Shown: one piece after another, positions 27,395 to 38,584 of the stretch
Numbering within the stretch: position 1 is the stretch's first letter
How the letters are laid out: every line of letters starts with the position of its first letter
Assembly: GCA_020832235.1 (NCBI GenBank)
Contig: JAFIEZ010000003.1
Location: forward strand, 76,224-140,223
Origin: Bacteroidota bacterium
GTDB taxonomy: Bacteria; Bacteroidota; Rhodothermia; Balneolales; HLUCCA01
DNA: 64,000 nucleotides
Direction of reading: 5' to 3'
Position numbers and translations under genes: made by a program
The notes under the pieces: generated by a model
What the model saw: only the letters and a program-made list of their open reading frames with translations
Told to the model about the DNA's origin: nothing
Database searches by the model: none

Positions 27395-28294
27395 ATGAGC
27401 GAACGCACCTACACTACCGACGAATTCAGGGTCATCATCCGAAAAGCACAGGACCTTGAAGCCCGTATAAGCTCACAACCCTCGCAAGGCCTAACCCGCG
27501 ATGAAATCATTGCCATTGCCCGGGACTCGGGTATCGCCGAAGAGTCCATCACGGCCGTTTTGGACGGAGAATCGACGGTTTTACGCGGTCGAAATGCTAC
27601 AGGCTGGTCAGAAACCAAAGACGTGAAACCCGTAATCCGCGGTGATGAAATGTCGGTAGAACAGTGGATTTCTATTAATCCGACTAATGAAATGATTGAG
27701 CTTTTGCTCACGGAGCTGGATAACCGGTTTCACGCCTCTGACAAAGAGAGTTGGTGGAGTTCACTTTGGGGAGAGAATGTTAAAGTCAAGAAAAACACAC
27801 GCAGTACCGAGTGGAAATTCACGGATAAGGATTCGGATATCACTACACGGGTATTGCTGCAAAGTCGTGGAGACCGTTTTCGAATTCGGGTAAGCCGCAA
27901 GCAAAACTGGGGTGTAGGATGGGATTTTCTGCCAAATGCAGCGTTTATACCAATCCCGATTCTATCGATTGTGGGCGGCGTATTGGGATATCATTTCATT
28001 ACGGCATCATTGATTGGCGTACTTAGCGGGATTGGAGCAGGGCTGCTTATGGGTGCGCTGTCATTTCCATTTTTGCGTATGATAGCCCAGCGTATTTCTG
28101 AAAGGCATGCCAATGATCTCATTGAATTGGCTGATGAGCTTGTTGATTATGCCGTTGAACTGCATGACGAGGTGGCCCGCACGCCGAAAGTCGTAACACG
28201 TAAAGCAAGCGTTGTAGATATCGAAATTGATCACATACGCCAAACAGGTGACGCCACAACCGAAGGCCGACTCAAGAACCAGCTGCGAAGCTGA
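27395..28294 (+). CDS. hypothetical membrane protein
   Basis: 299 aa. Soluble N-terminal half, then two or three TM helices (AAFIPIPILSIVGGVLGYHF..., GAGLLMGALSFPFL). No family recognised. Confidence 0.5.
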   Translation: MSERTYTTDEFRVIIRKAQDLEARISSQPSQGLTRDEIIAIARDSGIAEESITAVLDGESTVLRGRNATGWSETKDVKPVIRGDEMSVEQWISINPTNEMIELLLTELDNRFHASDKESWWSSLWGENVKVKKNTRSTEWKFTDKDSDITTRVLLQSRGDRFRIRVSRKQNWGVGWDFLPNAAFIPIPILSIVGGVLGYHFITASLIGVLSGIGAGLLMGALSFPFLRMIAQRISERHANDLIELADELVDYAVELHDEVARTPKVVTRKASVVDIEIDHIRQTGDATTEGRLKNQLRS

Positions 28295-28296
28295 TA

Positions 28297-29289
28297 TCAG
28301 CCAACCGCAACGCTGATTTTTTCTTCCTCGTAATTACCCAAAATCTCGAGAATCGGGGCCATTTCACTGTGCTCCATCAGGGCAACGCGCAGTTGCTTGC
28401 CGTTTCGAATGCCTTTGAGGTAGTTACCGTAATGCTTTTTCATCATGATAACCCCGTATCGCTCCCCGTGGTGGGCAACCGATGCTTTGAGCTGTTCAGC
28501 GCAGATATCCAGCCTGTCGCGTAGTGTAGGCTCGGGCAGGTGTTCGCCGGTAGCCAGGTAATGTTTCACATCCCGGAATATCCACGGATTACCGATGGCC
28601 GCGCGACCAATCATTACGCCATCAACACCGGTTTCATCGAAAAGGTATTTCACATGTTCGGGAGTGGTAATATCGCCGTTTGCAATGATGGGAATGTGAA
28701 GTCCGTGCGTATTCTTGAGCAATTTGAAATACTCCCATCGGGCCTCGCCTTTGTAGCCTTGCTGACGGGTACGTGCGTGAACGGTGAGTGCCTTAATTCC
28801 AAGCGACTGAAGCATTAAAGCCACATCCTGTATGCGGATGGTGTCTTCGTCCCAGCCCAGGCGTGTTTTCACGGTCACGGGCTTTGTTTGAACGGCATCC
28901 ACAACGGTGGCTGCCATACGCTCCATCATGCCCAGATCTCGCAGACAAGCAGATCCGGCATTTTTGCTCACGACCTTATAAACCGGACATCCGAAATTGA
29001 TATCAACCAGATCGGGATTGGCCGCTTCTGCCACTTTTGCCGCACCGTGCATGGCTTCTTCACGTCCGCCAAATATCTGCACGCCAAATGGGCGTTCCAT
29101 CTCTTCGAAACTCATCTTGTGCAGGGACTTGTCTACCTCGCGGATGAGTCCTTCAGAACTGATGAATTCTGTGTATACGACATCGGCTCCCTGCAGCTTG
29201 CACATCTGCCGGAAAGGGGAGTCGGAAACGTCTTCCATGGGGGCCAAAACAACGGCCTGGTCGGGTATGATAAGGTCACCTATTTTCAT
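28297..29289 (-). CDS. dusB: tRNA-dihydrouridine synthase
   Basis: 330 aa. LAPMEDVSD, DINFGCP and HARTRQQGYKG motifs of the Dus family. Confidence 0.85.
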   Translation of the reverse strand: MKIGDLIIPDQAVVLAPMEDVSDSPFRQMCKLQGADVVYTEFISSEGLIREVDKSLHKMSFEEMERPFGVQIFGGREEAMHGAAKVAEAANPDLVDINFGCPVYKVVSKNAGSACLRDLGMMERMAATVVDAVQTKPVTVKTRLGWDEDTIRIQDVALMLQSLGIKALTVHARTRQQGYKGEARWEYFKLLKNTHGLHIPIIANGDITTPEHVKYLFDETGVDGVMIGRAAIGNPWIFRDVKHYLATGEHLPEPTLRDRLDICAEQLKASVAHHGERYGVIMMKKHYGNYLKGIRNGKQLRVALMEHSEMAPILEILGNYEEEKISVAVG

Positions 29290-29472
29290 GCTCTAAAAAT
29301 ACAGAATTTGCCCCGAAAATAATTGTTTTAGCAAAGCGCTTTTCTATGATGTATGAGGCTATGTCGCGCAATATCAGTTCCATCCATAACGATTCTGCAT
29401 GACCTTTACACAGATAAACCCTATATTATCAGCATTCACTTTTCTTGTTTGAAAAATTTTAAGGAGGTTAAT

Positions 29473-30549
29473 ATGGCATCAGCCGTAAACACTATTGAAG
29501 AACTACTGGGCAAAGAAGCCGAGTACCTATTAAATCACACATCGAAGACGATCTCCAAAGACCAGCTTCACTTGCCTTCTCCTACTCATGTTGACGACGT
29601 TTGGGCAAAATCAAACCGTAATAACCGCGTGCTGGGGAACCTGCAGTGGCTTGCGAACCATGGCCGATTAGGCGGAACCGGATACACGTCTATCCTTCCT
29701 GTAGATCAGGGTATAGAGCACAGTGGTGGTGCATCTTTCGCTAAGAATCCAATTTATTTTGATCCTGAAAACATTGTTAAACTGGCCATCGAAGGCGGTT
29801 GTAATGGTGTTGCTTCCACGTACGGAGTGTTAGCTTCCGTCTCACGCAAATATGCGCACAAAATTCCTTTCATCGTTAAGGTCAACCACAATCAGTTGAT
29901 GACCTACCCGAACCAGGCTGACCAGATCATGTTCGGTACGATTGATGATGCGTACAACATGGGTGCTGCCGCTATCGGCGCAACCATTTATTTCGGTTCA
30001 GAAGAATCTAACCGTCAGATTGTTGAAGTCGCTGAAGCATTTGCTTACGCTCACGAATTGGGTATGGCTACCATCTTGTGGTGCTACACCCGTAACAACG
30101 CCTTCAAAAAAGATGGTGTTGATTATCACGTAGCTGCAGATTTAACAGGTCAGGCTAATCACCTGGGAGTTACGATTCAGGCCGATATCATCAAGCAAAA
30201 GCTTCCTGAAGTAAACGGCGGATTCAAAGCATTGAATACCGGCGATTCTTCTTACGGTAAACTTGATGAGCGTATGTACACAGAATTAAGCTCTGATCAC
30301 CCGATCGACTTAACACGTTACCAGGTTGCTAACTGCTACATGGGTCGTGCAGGTTTGATTAACTCTGGTGGTGCTTCCGGTGCCAATGACTTCGCTGATG
30401 CTGTTAAAACTGCGGTTATCAACAAGCGTGCCGGTGGTATGGGACTTATTTCAGGTCGTAAGGCGTTTCAGCGTCCGATGGCAGAGGGAGCCAAGCTTCT
30501 TCAGGCTATTCAGGATGTATACCTCGACGACAAGGTTACCATCGCGTAA
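29473..30549 (+). CDS. fbaB: class I fructose-bisphosphate aldolase
   Basis: Near-colinear with E. coli FbaB ([70 protein letters not shown]). AAGGAGG lies 6 nt upstream of ATG 29473. Confidence 0.92.
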   Translation: MASAVNTIEELLGKEAEYLLNHTSKTISKDQLHLPSPTHVDDVWAKSNRNNRVLGNLQWLANHGRLGGTGYTSILPVDQGIEHSGGASFAKNPIYFDPENIVKLAIEGGCNGVASTYGVLASVSRKYAHKIPFIVKVNHNQLMTYPNQADQIMFGTIDDAYNMGAAAIGATIYFGSEESNRQIVEVAEAFAYAHELGMATILWCYTRNNAFKKDGVDYHVAADLTGQANHLGVTIQADIIKQKLPEVNGGFKALNTGDSSYGKLDERMYTELSSDHPIDLTRYQVANCYMGRAGLINSGGASGANDFADAVKTAVINKRAGGMGLISGRKAFQRPMAEGAKLLQAIQDVYLDDKVTIA

Positions 30550-30603
30550 TTATGATGTTTATGTGCCTGTAAAGGGCACAGCAAGCTTTACGCTTCAAAA
30601 CGA

Positions 30604-30641
30604 AAAGCCATCCGGATTCATTTCCGGGTGGCTTTTTTTTT
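30604..30641 (+). terminator. rho-independent terminator of fbaB
   Basis: aaagccatccgga-ttcatt-tccgggtggcttt stem followed by a T9 run. Confidence 0.75.
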
Positions 30642-30850
30642 GGCATGTTGAAAAGGGGCATGACGAACTTTGTAGGGTATTTCCTGTCCTGCTCAACATC
30701 TTTAGCATCTGCCATAGGTATCGTCTTTGTAGCGTATTGATGTTGGTTTTGCCAGGTTCATTGCTGGCGCAAATGCTCGATGCACCCGGTCGCGCTGAGG
30801 GAGAGGGAACGTTCGAGAGACATATTATTCGAGGCATTAACCGGTGCTGA

Positions 30851-31801
30851 TTATCCTTCAGATGGCGGAAATCCCAGGCGTTCACAAATCTCCGGCAGGG
30901 CAATTGCTCTGTTCGGGTAGTCAGTTATGAGTCCGTCTACACCAAGATGAATTAATCGAAGCATATCCTCCTGATTATTGACCGTCCACGGGATGAGTTT
31001 CATGTTCAGATTGTGAACCTCCGATACCAGGTTTTTATCCACGTATCTGAAATACGGCGAATAAATCTCTGGAATGAATCCCAGCTGTTCGAGATTCCAT
31101 TCGAGTCCGTTTTCGTTATATACGAGCAATACGAGGGGGACCCGTTTATCAATTTTGCGCATTGCTTTGAGCGTGTTTACATCGAAGCTCTGTACTGTAA
31201 CCCGATCCAGCACACCTAAATCAGCCAATTCGGCATATAACAAGGTTGCAAAAACATCAGGCTGAGGAGTAAATACATCATAATACTCGGGCAAGGTCTT
31301 GGTCTCGATGTTATACCAAACCGGTTCTAATCCATGCTCACTGATGTGTGCTTCTACTTGTTGGATGGCATCTCTCATCAAAGGCTTGATAGCGGCCATA
31401 GGCTCTTGTTCCGGGAAGTTGATATGACCACGAAGTCCTACATCGTACCGGCGTATTTCATCGTAGTTCATCTGGAACATATTTAAGGAAGTGGCCTCAT
31501 CCTGCGTTACGGCTCGACCGTCGGGATGAGAGCCGATGTGATGATGAAACCATGGTTCGTGCGACAAAACCAACTGTGAATCCGCCGAGACCACAATATC
31601 GAATTCCAGGGTAGTTACGCTGTACTCAAGGGCCTTAATCAGCGAAGGGATGGTATTCTCGGGGAGAATTCCACGGGCGCCGCGGTGCCCCTGAAGGTCA
31701 AATTCGGGGTGTGATTTCATAATATCTGGTTTTTCCTGCGTTGTGCAACCCGATAATAAAAGAACGAGAATTGCGATCCAGACGTAATGTAACCTGTTCA
31801 T
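30851..31801 (-). CDS. glycerophosphodiester phosphodiesterase-family lipoprotein
   Basis: ATG 31801 gives MNRLHYVWIAILVLLLSGC. HRGARG..PENT and LEFD GDPD motifs. Confidence 0.8.
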   Translation of the reverse strand: MNRLHYVWIAILVLLLSGCTTQEKPDIMKSHPEFDLQGHRGARGILPENTIPSLIKALEYSVTTLEFDIVVSADSQLVLSHEPWFHHHIGSHPDGRAVTQDEATSLNMFQMNYDEIRRYDVGLRGHINFPEQEPMAAIKPLMRDAIQQVEAHISEHGLEPVWYNIETKTLPEYYDVFTPQPDVFATLLYAELADLGVLDRVTVQSFDVNTLKAMRKIDKRVPLVLLVYNENGLEWNLEQLGFIPEIYSPYFRYVDKNLVSEVHNLNMKLIPWTVNNQEDMLRLIHLGVDGLITDYPNRAIALPEICERLGFPPSEG

Positions 31802-32008
31802 ATACAATGATGTACTGGTTGATGATGAATAAACGTGCGGAATTTCACCAATTGTTAGAAGAATCATAAACGAAGGTGTGACGGTTGATATGTAGTTGTG
31901 ATAAAATATCAAACGATGACCATTGATAAAGTTAATATATAGTTAACCCTCGGCATCAATATTTTTAAAGCTGTATTTTGAATAAAAATCACACGAATTA
32001 TCAGACAT

Positions 32009-32959
32009 ATGTTTACAGATAACCGCGTTACGAAGCTTTTTAATATTCAATATCCCATCATTCAGGCTGGAATGGTATGGTGTTCGGGATGGAAACTGGC
32101 ATCGGCCGTAAGCAATGCGGGCGGACTTGGCCTCATTGGTGCCGGCTCGATGTATCCCGATGTGCTGCGCGAGCATATCCAAAAGTGTAAAGCTGCAACC
32201 GATAAGCCATTTGGCGTGAATGTGCCGTTGCTCTATCCCGACATTGAGAAAATTATGGGTATCATTGAGGAAGAAGGTGTGAACATCGTGTTCACTTCAG
32301 CCGGAAATCCTGCGACCTGGACAAGCTGGCTCAAAGATCGGGGTATTACCGTGGTACATGTTGTTCCCAATGTTAAGCTTGCCCGAAAGTGTGTGGAGCG
32401 GGGGGTGGATGCTGTAGTCTGTGAAGGGTTTGAAGCCGGCGGACATAATGGCAAAGATGAAATCACCACATTAGTACTGGTGCCGCAAGTTGTAGATGCC
32501 ATTGGTGAACATGTGCCGGTGATTGCAGCGGGAGGAATAGGCGACGGCAGGGCAATGGCAGCTGCTATGGCGCTTGGTGCCGATGCTGTTCAGGTTGGCA
32601 GTCGCTTTGCGGTAACACGAGAGAGTTCTGCGCATCATAATTTTAAAAACCGTGTTGTGCAGGCAGATGATACCGAAACCGTGTTAACACTAAAATCAGT
32701 CACTCCCGTAAGAATGCTCAAGAACTCATTTTATGAAGAAGTTAGGCAGGCGGAGGTTGACGGGGCCGACGCACAAACGCTCAGAGAAATACTAGGCAGA
32801 GGACGATCCAAGAAAGGAATTTTTGAAGGAGATCTTGATCAGGGAGAGCTCGAAATAGGCCAGGTTTCGGGGCTGATAGACGATATACCCGCAGCAAGTG
32901 ACGTAATCGATGCCATGATAAGCGTTTATCGGAAAGTTGTTCGTGGCTTAACACAATAA
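32009..32959 (+). CDS. nitronate monooxygenase / FabK-like FMN oxidoreductase
   Basis: 316 aa. IIQAGM..., GFEAGGH and AAGGIGDGR NMO-family motifs. Confidence 0.8.
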   Translation: MFTDNRVTKLFNIQYPIIQAGMVWCSGWKLASAVSNAGGLGLIGAGSMYPDVLREHIQKCKAATDKPFGVNVPLLYPDIEKIMGIIEEEGVNIVFTSAGNPATWTSWLKDRGITVVHVVPNVKLARKCVERGVDAVVCEGFEAGGHNGKDEITTLVLVPQVVDAIGEHVPVIAAGGIGDGRAMAAAMALGADAVQVGSRFAVTRESSAHHNFKNRVVQADDTETVLTLKSVTPVRMLKNSFYEEVRQAEVDGADAQTLREILGRGRSKKGIFEGDLDQGELEIGQVSGLIDDIPAASDVIDAMISVYRKVVRGLTQ

Positions 32960-33051
32960 GTGGTGCGATTATTGGTATCTTATTATAGGCTTTAGGGATA
33001 CTAAATATTAAGCCTTGATTTATAAGAAATAACGGCTCACTTCTTTGTTGA

Positions 33052-34119
33052 TTGATACAGAAAACCACGAATATCGAGGCAGAATCGCCCAGAAACTATT
33101 TATCACTCAGGTACATGGTGTTTTCCATTTCCCTGAGCCTGTTTACTATGGGTGCTGTCATGTATTTTACCTGGAGTCCCGAAGGATTTGAATACGTCCA
33201 GCTAAAACGACTACCCGGACTCATCATCGCTTTTTTTGTTTCCTTGCTCAGATTATGGTTTTTGGCCGCAAAGTATCGGATTCTAAGCGACAATATGCTT
33301 TCATGGCCTGGATCTTTACGTGTAATATTGACCTGGGATTTTGCCTCTGCCATCACTCCATCAACCATAGGAGGCGGACCAGTTGCTGCGTATGCTATGA
33401 CCCGTGAACGAATCCCCTTGGGTAAATCAGGAGGTATAATGCTATATGGCGTGTTATTAGACCAACTGTTTTACGTCATGATCATACCTATTCTTATTAC
33501 AATGGGTTTCTATTATGAGGTAATTCCCTCCAATGTAGGCTGGGTAGGTATAGGCGCCATGTTTTTGATTTATACTGCCTTACTTCTCTACGCACTTATT
33601 CTTGTCTATGGTTTGCTTGTAAACCCAAAATCGCTCAAAAAGCTTGTACGGTTTTTATCTGCTATACCCTTTTTAAAAGGTCTACGAAAGAAGTTGCTCT
33701 CTGAAAGCGACAACCTTGTTACTTTCTCCGAAAACCTCCGGAAAAAGCCCCGCAGCTTTTTGGTCAAAGCTTTTGCCTTTTCAACATTAGGGTGGTTGTC
33801 AAGAGTAGCCCTTCCGAGTATTGTCGTATTGAGCTTTTTTCCAGCGGATGTACTTTTGACATTCTTGAGATCGTTTTCAATGACTCTGGCAGGCCTGTTT
33901 ATACCTACTCCAGGGGGAAGTGGTGGGGCTGAGGCACTTTTTTTGCTTTTCCAGGGGCCACTTTATGAAAGAGTTGTCTTTATAGGAGTATCAATTTTCT
34001 TCTGGAGATTATATACATACTATTTGAGTATTGGGATGGGCGTATTTGTGATGACGTGGTATATGAAACCCCAAAAGCCAATTTTTGTAGAAACACATAG
34101 AGATAGCAAGAAAAATTAA
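33052..34119 (+). CDS. UPF0104 (lysylphosphatidylglycerol-synthase TM-region-like, flippase-like) membrane protein
   Basis: About 8 TM helices. The PTPGGSGGAEA motif is characteristic of this family. The start is uncertain (tracked TTG 33052; ATG at 33115). Confidence 0.65.
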   Translation: MIQKTTNIEAESPRNYLSLRYMVFSISLSLFTMGAVMYFTWSPEGFEYVQLKRLPGLIIAFFVSLLRLWFLAAKYRILSDNMLSWPGSLRVILTWDFASAITPSTIGGGPVAAYAMTRERIPLGKSGGIMLYGVLLDQLFYVMIIPILITMGFYYEVIPSNVGWVGIGAMFLIYTALLLYALILVYGLLVNPKSLKKLVRFLSAIPFLKGLRKKLLSESDNLVTFSENLRKKPRSFLVKAFAFSTLGWLSRVALPSIVVLSFFPADVLLTFLRSFSMTLAGLFIPTPGGSGGAEALFLLFQGPLYERVVFIGVSIFFWRLYTYYLSIGMGVFVMTWYMKPQKPIFVETHRDSKKN

Positions 34120-34194
34120 GGATACCAATGCAACTTAGTTGCATGTTTCATAGCGTGGTTTTATATTGGTCTCAACTTTAAACTAATCTCGGTT

Positions 34195-34590
34195 ATGAAA
34201 CGTGTTTTAACAGTCGGTGTATTTGACTTATACCATTTCGGCCACCTAAAAGTACTTGAAATGGCTCGTAAACAAGGCGACTACCTTATAACAGCGGTAC
34301 ATGATGACGTCTTGATGAGTAAGGGTTACCCTTTCTTCTATTCACTGGAGCAGCGAATGGAGATAGTTAGCAGTTGCCGGTGGGTCGATGAAGTAGTACC
34401 ATACATGAGTGTAGATACCATAGTGAAAGAGATTAACTTCGATGTTTTTGCTCACGGACCAGATCAGAATCATGTATTATTTCAGAGAGCCATATCATGG
34501 TGTAGAGCTAATGGAAAAGACGTGATTTGCCTACCAAGAACAGAAGGTATATCAAGTACACAAATTAGGAAATTGGCTGCAATCGGCTAA
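34195..34590 (+). CDS. cytidylyltransferase-family protein (TagD-like small nucleotidyltransferase)
   Basis: 131 aa. GVFDLYHFGHLKVLEMA HxGH motif and C-terminal ISST.IR. Confidence 0.8.
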   Translation: MKRVLTVGVFDLYHFGHLKVLEMARKQGDYLITAVHDDVLMSKGYPFFYSLEQRMEIVSSCRWVDEVVPYMSVDTIVKEINFDVFAHGPDQNHVLFQRAISWCRANGKDVICLPRTEGISSTQIRKLAAIG

Positions 34591-34723
34591 TTTAGAGACT
34601 ATTATACAATAGCAAAGTTTAAAGGCATAAAAAAAGCCGGATCACGTATGAACCAGCTTGTTTTAATTTGTGCACCCTGAAAATTAACAGAACCCGTAAA
34701 GACAGAAATGCACTAAAAACGCT

Positions 34724-34918
34724 TTAGTAGTTATCGCGCTGACGACGACGCTCATCCCGCACACTTTTCTTCATGTCTTCACGCTTTACTTCAGATGGTT
34801 TGCGATACTGCTGTCGCTCTTTGTATTCTACCATGAGGCGTGAACGTGTAACCATTTTCTTGAAACGGTTAATTGCGCGGTCAATGCTTTCGTTGTCTTT
34901 AATTTTAATGCCGATCAT
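34724..34918 (-). CDS. rpsU: 30S ribosomal protein S21
   Basis: 64 aa. ESIDRAINRFKKMVTRSRLMVEYKERQQYRKPSE. Confidence 0.9.
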   Translation of the reverse strand: MIGIKIKDNESIDRAINRFKKMVTRSRLMVEYKERQQYRKPSEVKREDMKKSVRDERRRQRDNY

Positions 34919-35142
34919 AAAATGTTATTTTGAAATTTGGTTCTGTTATATGTCTAAAAGTATACAGAAAACAAATATACAGTAAATATTTTAGATTTTC
35001 CAACTCTGGTAAGAATGATTAATTGCTGAAAGTTTAGTTATGACCTGGTGATTTACGGTTTCGGGTATTCTTCGGAAAATTCTATTCAATTTGGTATTTT
35101 ATGTAAATATTTATAAATGGTGGTGATATTAAATACAGTCGT

Positions 35143-38100
35143 ATGAAAGGGGTTTTCTGGCTTTCACTAGTAGTTTTTTTTCAGCCATCCGTTTCTGCTG
35201 CTGAAACGGATGACTATGTTATTGAACGAATCCAGCATCCAGATTTCATACCTGGATTTATAGCCTCAATAGCTCAGGATCACAGTGGTTTTATGTGGTT
35301 TGCCACATCAGACGGGTTGTTTCGGTACGACGGTGTAGGATTTGTGGTATTCAAATCTGAAGTAAGAAACCCGCTTTCTTTGCCAAACAACAACATCAGG
35401 TATGTGTATGTTGATTCAAACGGAACACTATGGGCTCTGACCCAGGGCGGAGGTTTATCAAGGTATAATCCCATGAACCAGACCTTTGATACATTTTTAC
35501 CTACGAGCGAGTTAACCGAAGCTGTAGCCGGAACGTTTGACTTTTGGACCATATTTGAAGCAGATAACAGTTTGTATATCAGTTCTCATGGAGGTAATGG
35601 ATTTTTCCGTTTCAACCTAGAAACGCATACGTTTGATCTCGTTGAGCTTCCAAGTACAGACCGCCGTCACTTTATACAAACCAGTAGCCTTATTAAGTCT
35701 GAAGAAGGAGACATATGGATTGGAACAGATGAATCTGGTATCGTTATTTTATCTGATTATGACCAAATATCTACGCTTTCCATTGCAAGTGGTCATTTAT
35801 CATCCGATAGAGTTCGTTCCATTTTTCAAGCTTCTGATGGTACCATATGGGCAGGAACTATAGGCGGAGGTGTCGCGCAGTTTGACTCCGAAACCCGAAC
35901 CAGACGCTCAAACGTTACAGCGCTCAAAGTTATACCCGGGCTCCATGAGGCATCAGTGTATAGTTTTTTTGAAGATCCCAGATCCAATATCTGGATTGCC
36001 TCAAGTATCGGACTAATAGTTTACAATCATGTCACAAATCGAGTTGTGAATCATTATGTGTACGATCCTGGCAATCCTCGCAGTTTATCAAGTAGCCTTA
36101 TTAGAAGTATCTATCAGGATAGAAGCGGAGTAATTTGGGCTGGTACTCAAAATGCAGGGTTGAATAAACTGACTATCAGGCAGAGATTTATCAATATAGT
36201 TCCCCAAAGCCGCTCATCAGAAGGGATTTTGAATAATCCAATAGTGAGATCGATGACCATCTACCAGGGCGAGTTATGGATTGGAACGGAAGCAGGCGGC
36301 ATAAATATAGCGGATCTTGCAGGCTATAATCTACTTCGGGTTAAAACGTCGGGAGGTTCTGACTACCCCGGCCTGCAAAGCAATGAAATCACCACGTTCG
36401 CTCATGACCCTGACGGAGGTCTTTGGGTTGGAACCTGGGGCGGTGGCCTTCACTACTTTGATCCGATTCAGGATAATTTTACGCCCTTCAGACACCAGCC
36501 AGATGACAGCCTATCCATATCAGATGATCGTATCCAATTCTTGTATATCGACTCTTCGGGAAGATACTGGGTTGGTACAGAGAACGGGCTAAACAGATTT
36601 AATCGTGAGGAAGGGACATTTTATCGTATTAAACATGACCCTGATGACCCGTCAACGCTTTCAGGTAATAGCTTACAAACGCTTGGATTTCTAGAGTGCT
36701 CGCCTGGTGTATTCTGGGTTGCCAGCTGGCAGGGTCTAAACCGTTTCGACAGTCATACGGGTAAGGTGCAACGATTCATTTCAGATCCGGTGAATCCAAA
36801 TACCATCAGTTCCAATCATGTGATATCGTTGTTAAAAGACGGTGAATATCTTTGGATGGGTACGTTTGGTGGTGGTTTGAACAGGTTAAACGTAGAAACA
36901 GGGGATATAGATATTTTTACAGAAGCCACCGGTCTGCCTAATAACGTTATCTTTGCAATACTACAAGATCAGGATGACTATTTATGGCTGAGCAGCAGCA
37001 GGGGCCTGTCGAAATTCGATACGGCTACGTTGTCTTTTGTTAACTACACTGAATCAGACGGATTACAAGGGAATGATTTCTGGTGGGGCTCTGCGTATAA
37101 AGACGAACAGGGAAAGTTATACTTTGGCGGAACAAATGGCCTTACCATTTTAGACCCACGGTCTATCGTTATGTCTGACTATGAGCCAGCCGTAAACATA
37201 TCCTCTGTTTCCATAAACTCTGAAGCACCCGCTTTGGTCAAAAACGGAGATTTCATAATTCTTGAGCCAGGATATAATGCTTTAACCGTAGAATTCGCTT
37301 CGTTGGATTTCAGTGATCCTTTGAAAAACCAATATGCGTATATGCTTGAAGGGCTATCTCGGGAATGGACGTATACGGGCAATCGAAGTATTGTTAGTTT
37401 TGCTTCGCTACCTCCTGGCAGCTACACGTTTAGGGTGCGTGGCACAAACAGCGCCGGAGATTGGAGTAGTAATCAAGCTGAGCTATTTCTGGTAGTCAAG
37501 CCCATGTTTTATCAGACACTCCTTTTTCAACTAATGGCTATTCTTCTACTGGCAGGCTTAATTAGCGGTGGAGTTCTAAACTGGACCAGACTGGCAAGAC
37601 AGAGACAGGCTGAACTCAGAAAACTAGTTGATGAACGCACCCGTGATTTGGCCATTAAACAAGAGGAGTTATTGCAAAGCTATGCGGAGTTACACGGACA
37701 GGCAGTGAAATTGAAAGATAAAAATGCGCAGGTTGCCAGCCAAAATGCCTTAATCTTAGCGAAGAGTCGCGAACTTGAATCGATTAACAGGCAACTTCTT
37801 TCACTCAATCAGGAAAAAAACAGCCTGATTGGTATCGTAGCTCATGATCTAAGGAGTCCCGCAGCTAGCGTAATGAGTGCCCTTCAGTTGCTTCAGCTGC
37901 AACCTGAGCTCACTCGTGATGAGCAGTTGGAACTCTTTAATATGATGGAAGACTTTTTGAATAAACAGTTGTCTATGGTATCTCGAATATTAGATAACCA
38001 GGCCCTGGAAACAGGCGTTATCGATGTTCGCAAGCAGACGGTTGATGTTACTGCTTTATGTATGAAATTGACTTCAGATTACAACACAAAAGCAACATTG

Positions 38101-38487
38101 AAAGACATTCAGGTTAAATCGGAGTTGAAAGAAGAACGTATAAGCGCAGAAACAGATCCTGCATTGCTAGAGCAAATTCTAGATAACCTACTCAGCAATG
38201 CGATTAAATTTTCCCCTCAGGGAAGCACTGTAAACCTCATTTTGCAAAGGCATGAGAACTACATTCGTCTTGGTGTTAAAGATCAAGGCCCGGGTCTCAC
38301 CAAAGATGATCAAAGCAAACTATTCGGCAAATTTCAGAGGTTAAGTGCCAGGCCGACGGCCGACGAGCAATCTACTGGTTTAGGACTATCTATTGTAAAA
38401 CGTTTTGTTGACGCGCTGAATGGAAGCGTCTATTGTGACAGCGTGTATGGTGAGGGAGCCACTTTCTGGGTTGAAATACCAAAATAG
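35143..38487 (+). CDS. sensor histidine kinase with periplasmic two-component-regulator propeller repeats and Y_Y_Y domain
   Basis: 1114 aa. Signal peptide, many WxGT/GGL propeller repeats, Y_Y_Y (YAYMLEGLSREW...PGSYTFRVRG), one TM, coiled coil, HisKA (AHDLRSP), HATPase_c (DQGPGL, GLGLSIVK). No receiver or AraC domain. Confidence 0.9.
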   Translation: MKGVFWLSLVVFFQPSVSAAETDDYVIERIQHPDFIPGFIASIAQDHSGFMWFATSDGLFRYDGVGFVVFKSEVRNPLSLPNNNIRYVYVDSNGTLWALTQGGGLSRYNPMNQTFDTFLPTSELTEAVAGTFDFWTIFEADNSLYISSHGGNGFFRFNLETHTFDLVELPSTDRRHFIQTSSLIKSEEGDIWIGTDESGIVILSDYDQISTLSIASGHLSSDRVRSIFQASDGTIWAGTIGGGVAQFDSETRTRRSNVTALKVIPGLHEASVYSFFEDPRSNIWIASSIGLIVYNHVTNRVVNHYVYDPGNPRSLSSSLIRSIYQDRSGVIWAGTQNAGLNKLTIRQRFINIVPQSRSSEGILNNPIVRSMTIYQGELWIGTEAGGINIADLAGYNLLRVKTSGGSDYPGLQSNEITTFAHDPDGGLWVGTWGGGLHYFDPIQDNFTPFRHQPDDSLSISDDRIQFLYIDSSGRYWVGTENGLNRFNREEGTFYRIKHDPDDPSTLSGNSLQTLGFLECSPGVFWVASWQGLNRFDSHTGKVQRFISDPVNPNTISSNHVISLLKDGEYLWMGTFGGGLNRLNVETGDIDIFTEATGLPNNVIFAILQDQDDYLWLSSSRGLSKFDTATLSFVNYTESDGLQGNDFWWGSAYKDEQGKLYFGGTNGLTILDPRSIVMSDYEPAVNISSVSINSEAPALVKNGDFIILEPGYNALTVEFASLDFSDPLKNQYAYMLEGLSREWTYTGNRSIVSFASLPPGSYTFRVRGTNSAGDWSSNQAELFLVVKPMFYQTLLFQLMAILLLAGLISGGVLNWTRLARQRQAELRKLVDERTRDLAIKQEELLQSYAELHGQAVKLKDKNAQVASQNALILAKSRELESINRQLLSLNQEKNSLIGIVAHDLRSPAASVMSALQLLQLQPELTRDEQLELFNMMEDFLNKQLSMVSRILDNQALETGVIDVRKQTVDVTALCMKLTSDYNTKATLKDIQVKSELKEERISAETDPALLEQILDNLLSNAIKFSPQGSTVNLILQRHENYIRLGVKDQGPGLTKDDQSKLFGKFQRLSARPTADEQSTGLGLSIVKRFVDALNGSVYCDSVYGEGATFWVEIPK

Positions 38488-38584
38488 GGCAAAGGTCTGC
38501 ACCAGGTTATAGCACCGTTATTTTTGTCAGATTCTTTCTATTTTAACCAGACGATTAGAACTAACCCATCAGACAAACAGCTTC

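Noticed and set aside
30642-30850. About 210 bp with no assigned coding sequence between the fbaB terminator and the GDPD gene stop (possible sRNA or small gene)
   Set aside because: The tracked ORFs here (30368-30850 plus strand, 30595-30903 minus strand) are extensions overlapping real genes. I found only a 7-bp inverted repeat (atgttga...tcaacat) and no convincing promoter-plus-terminator pair. It is not supportable without expression data.
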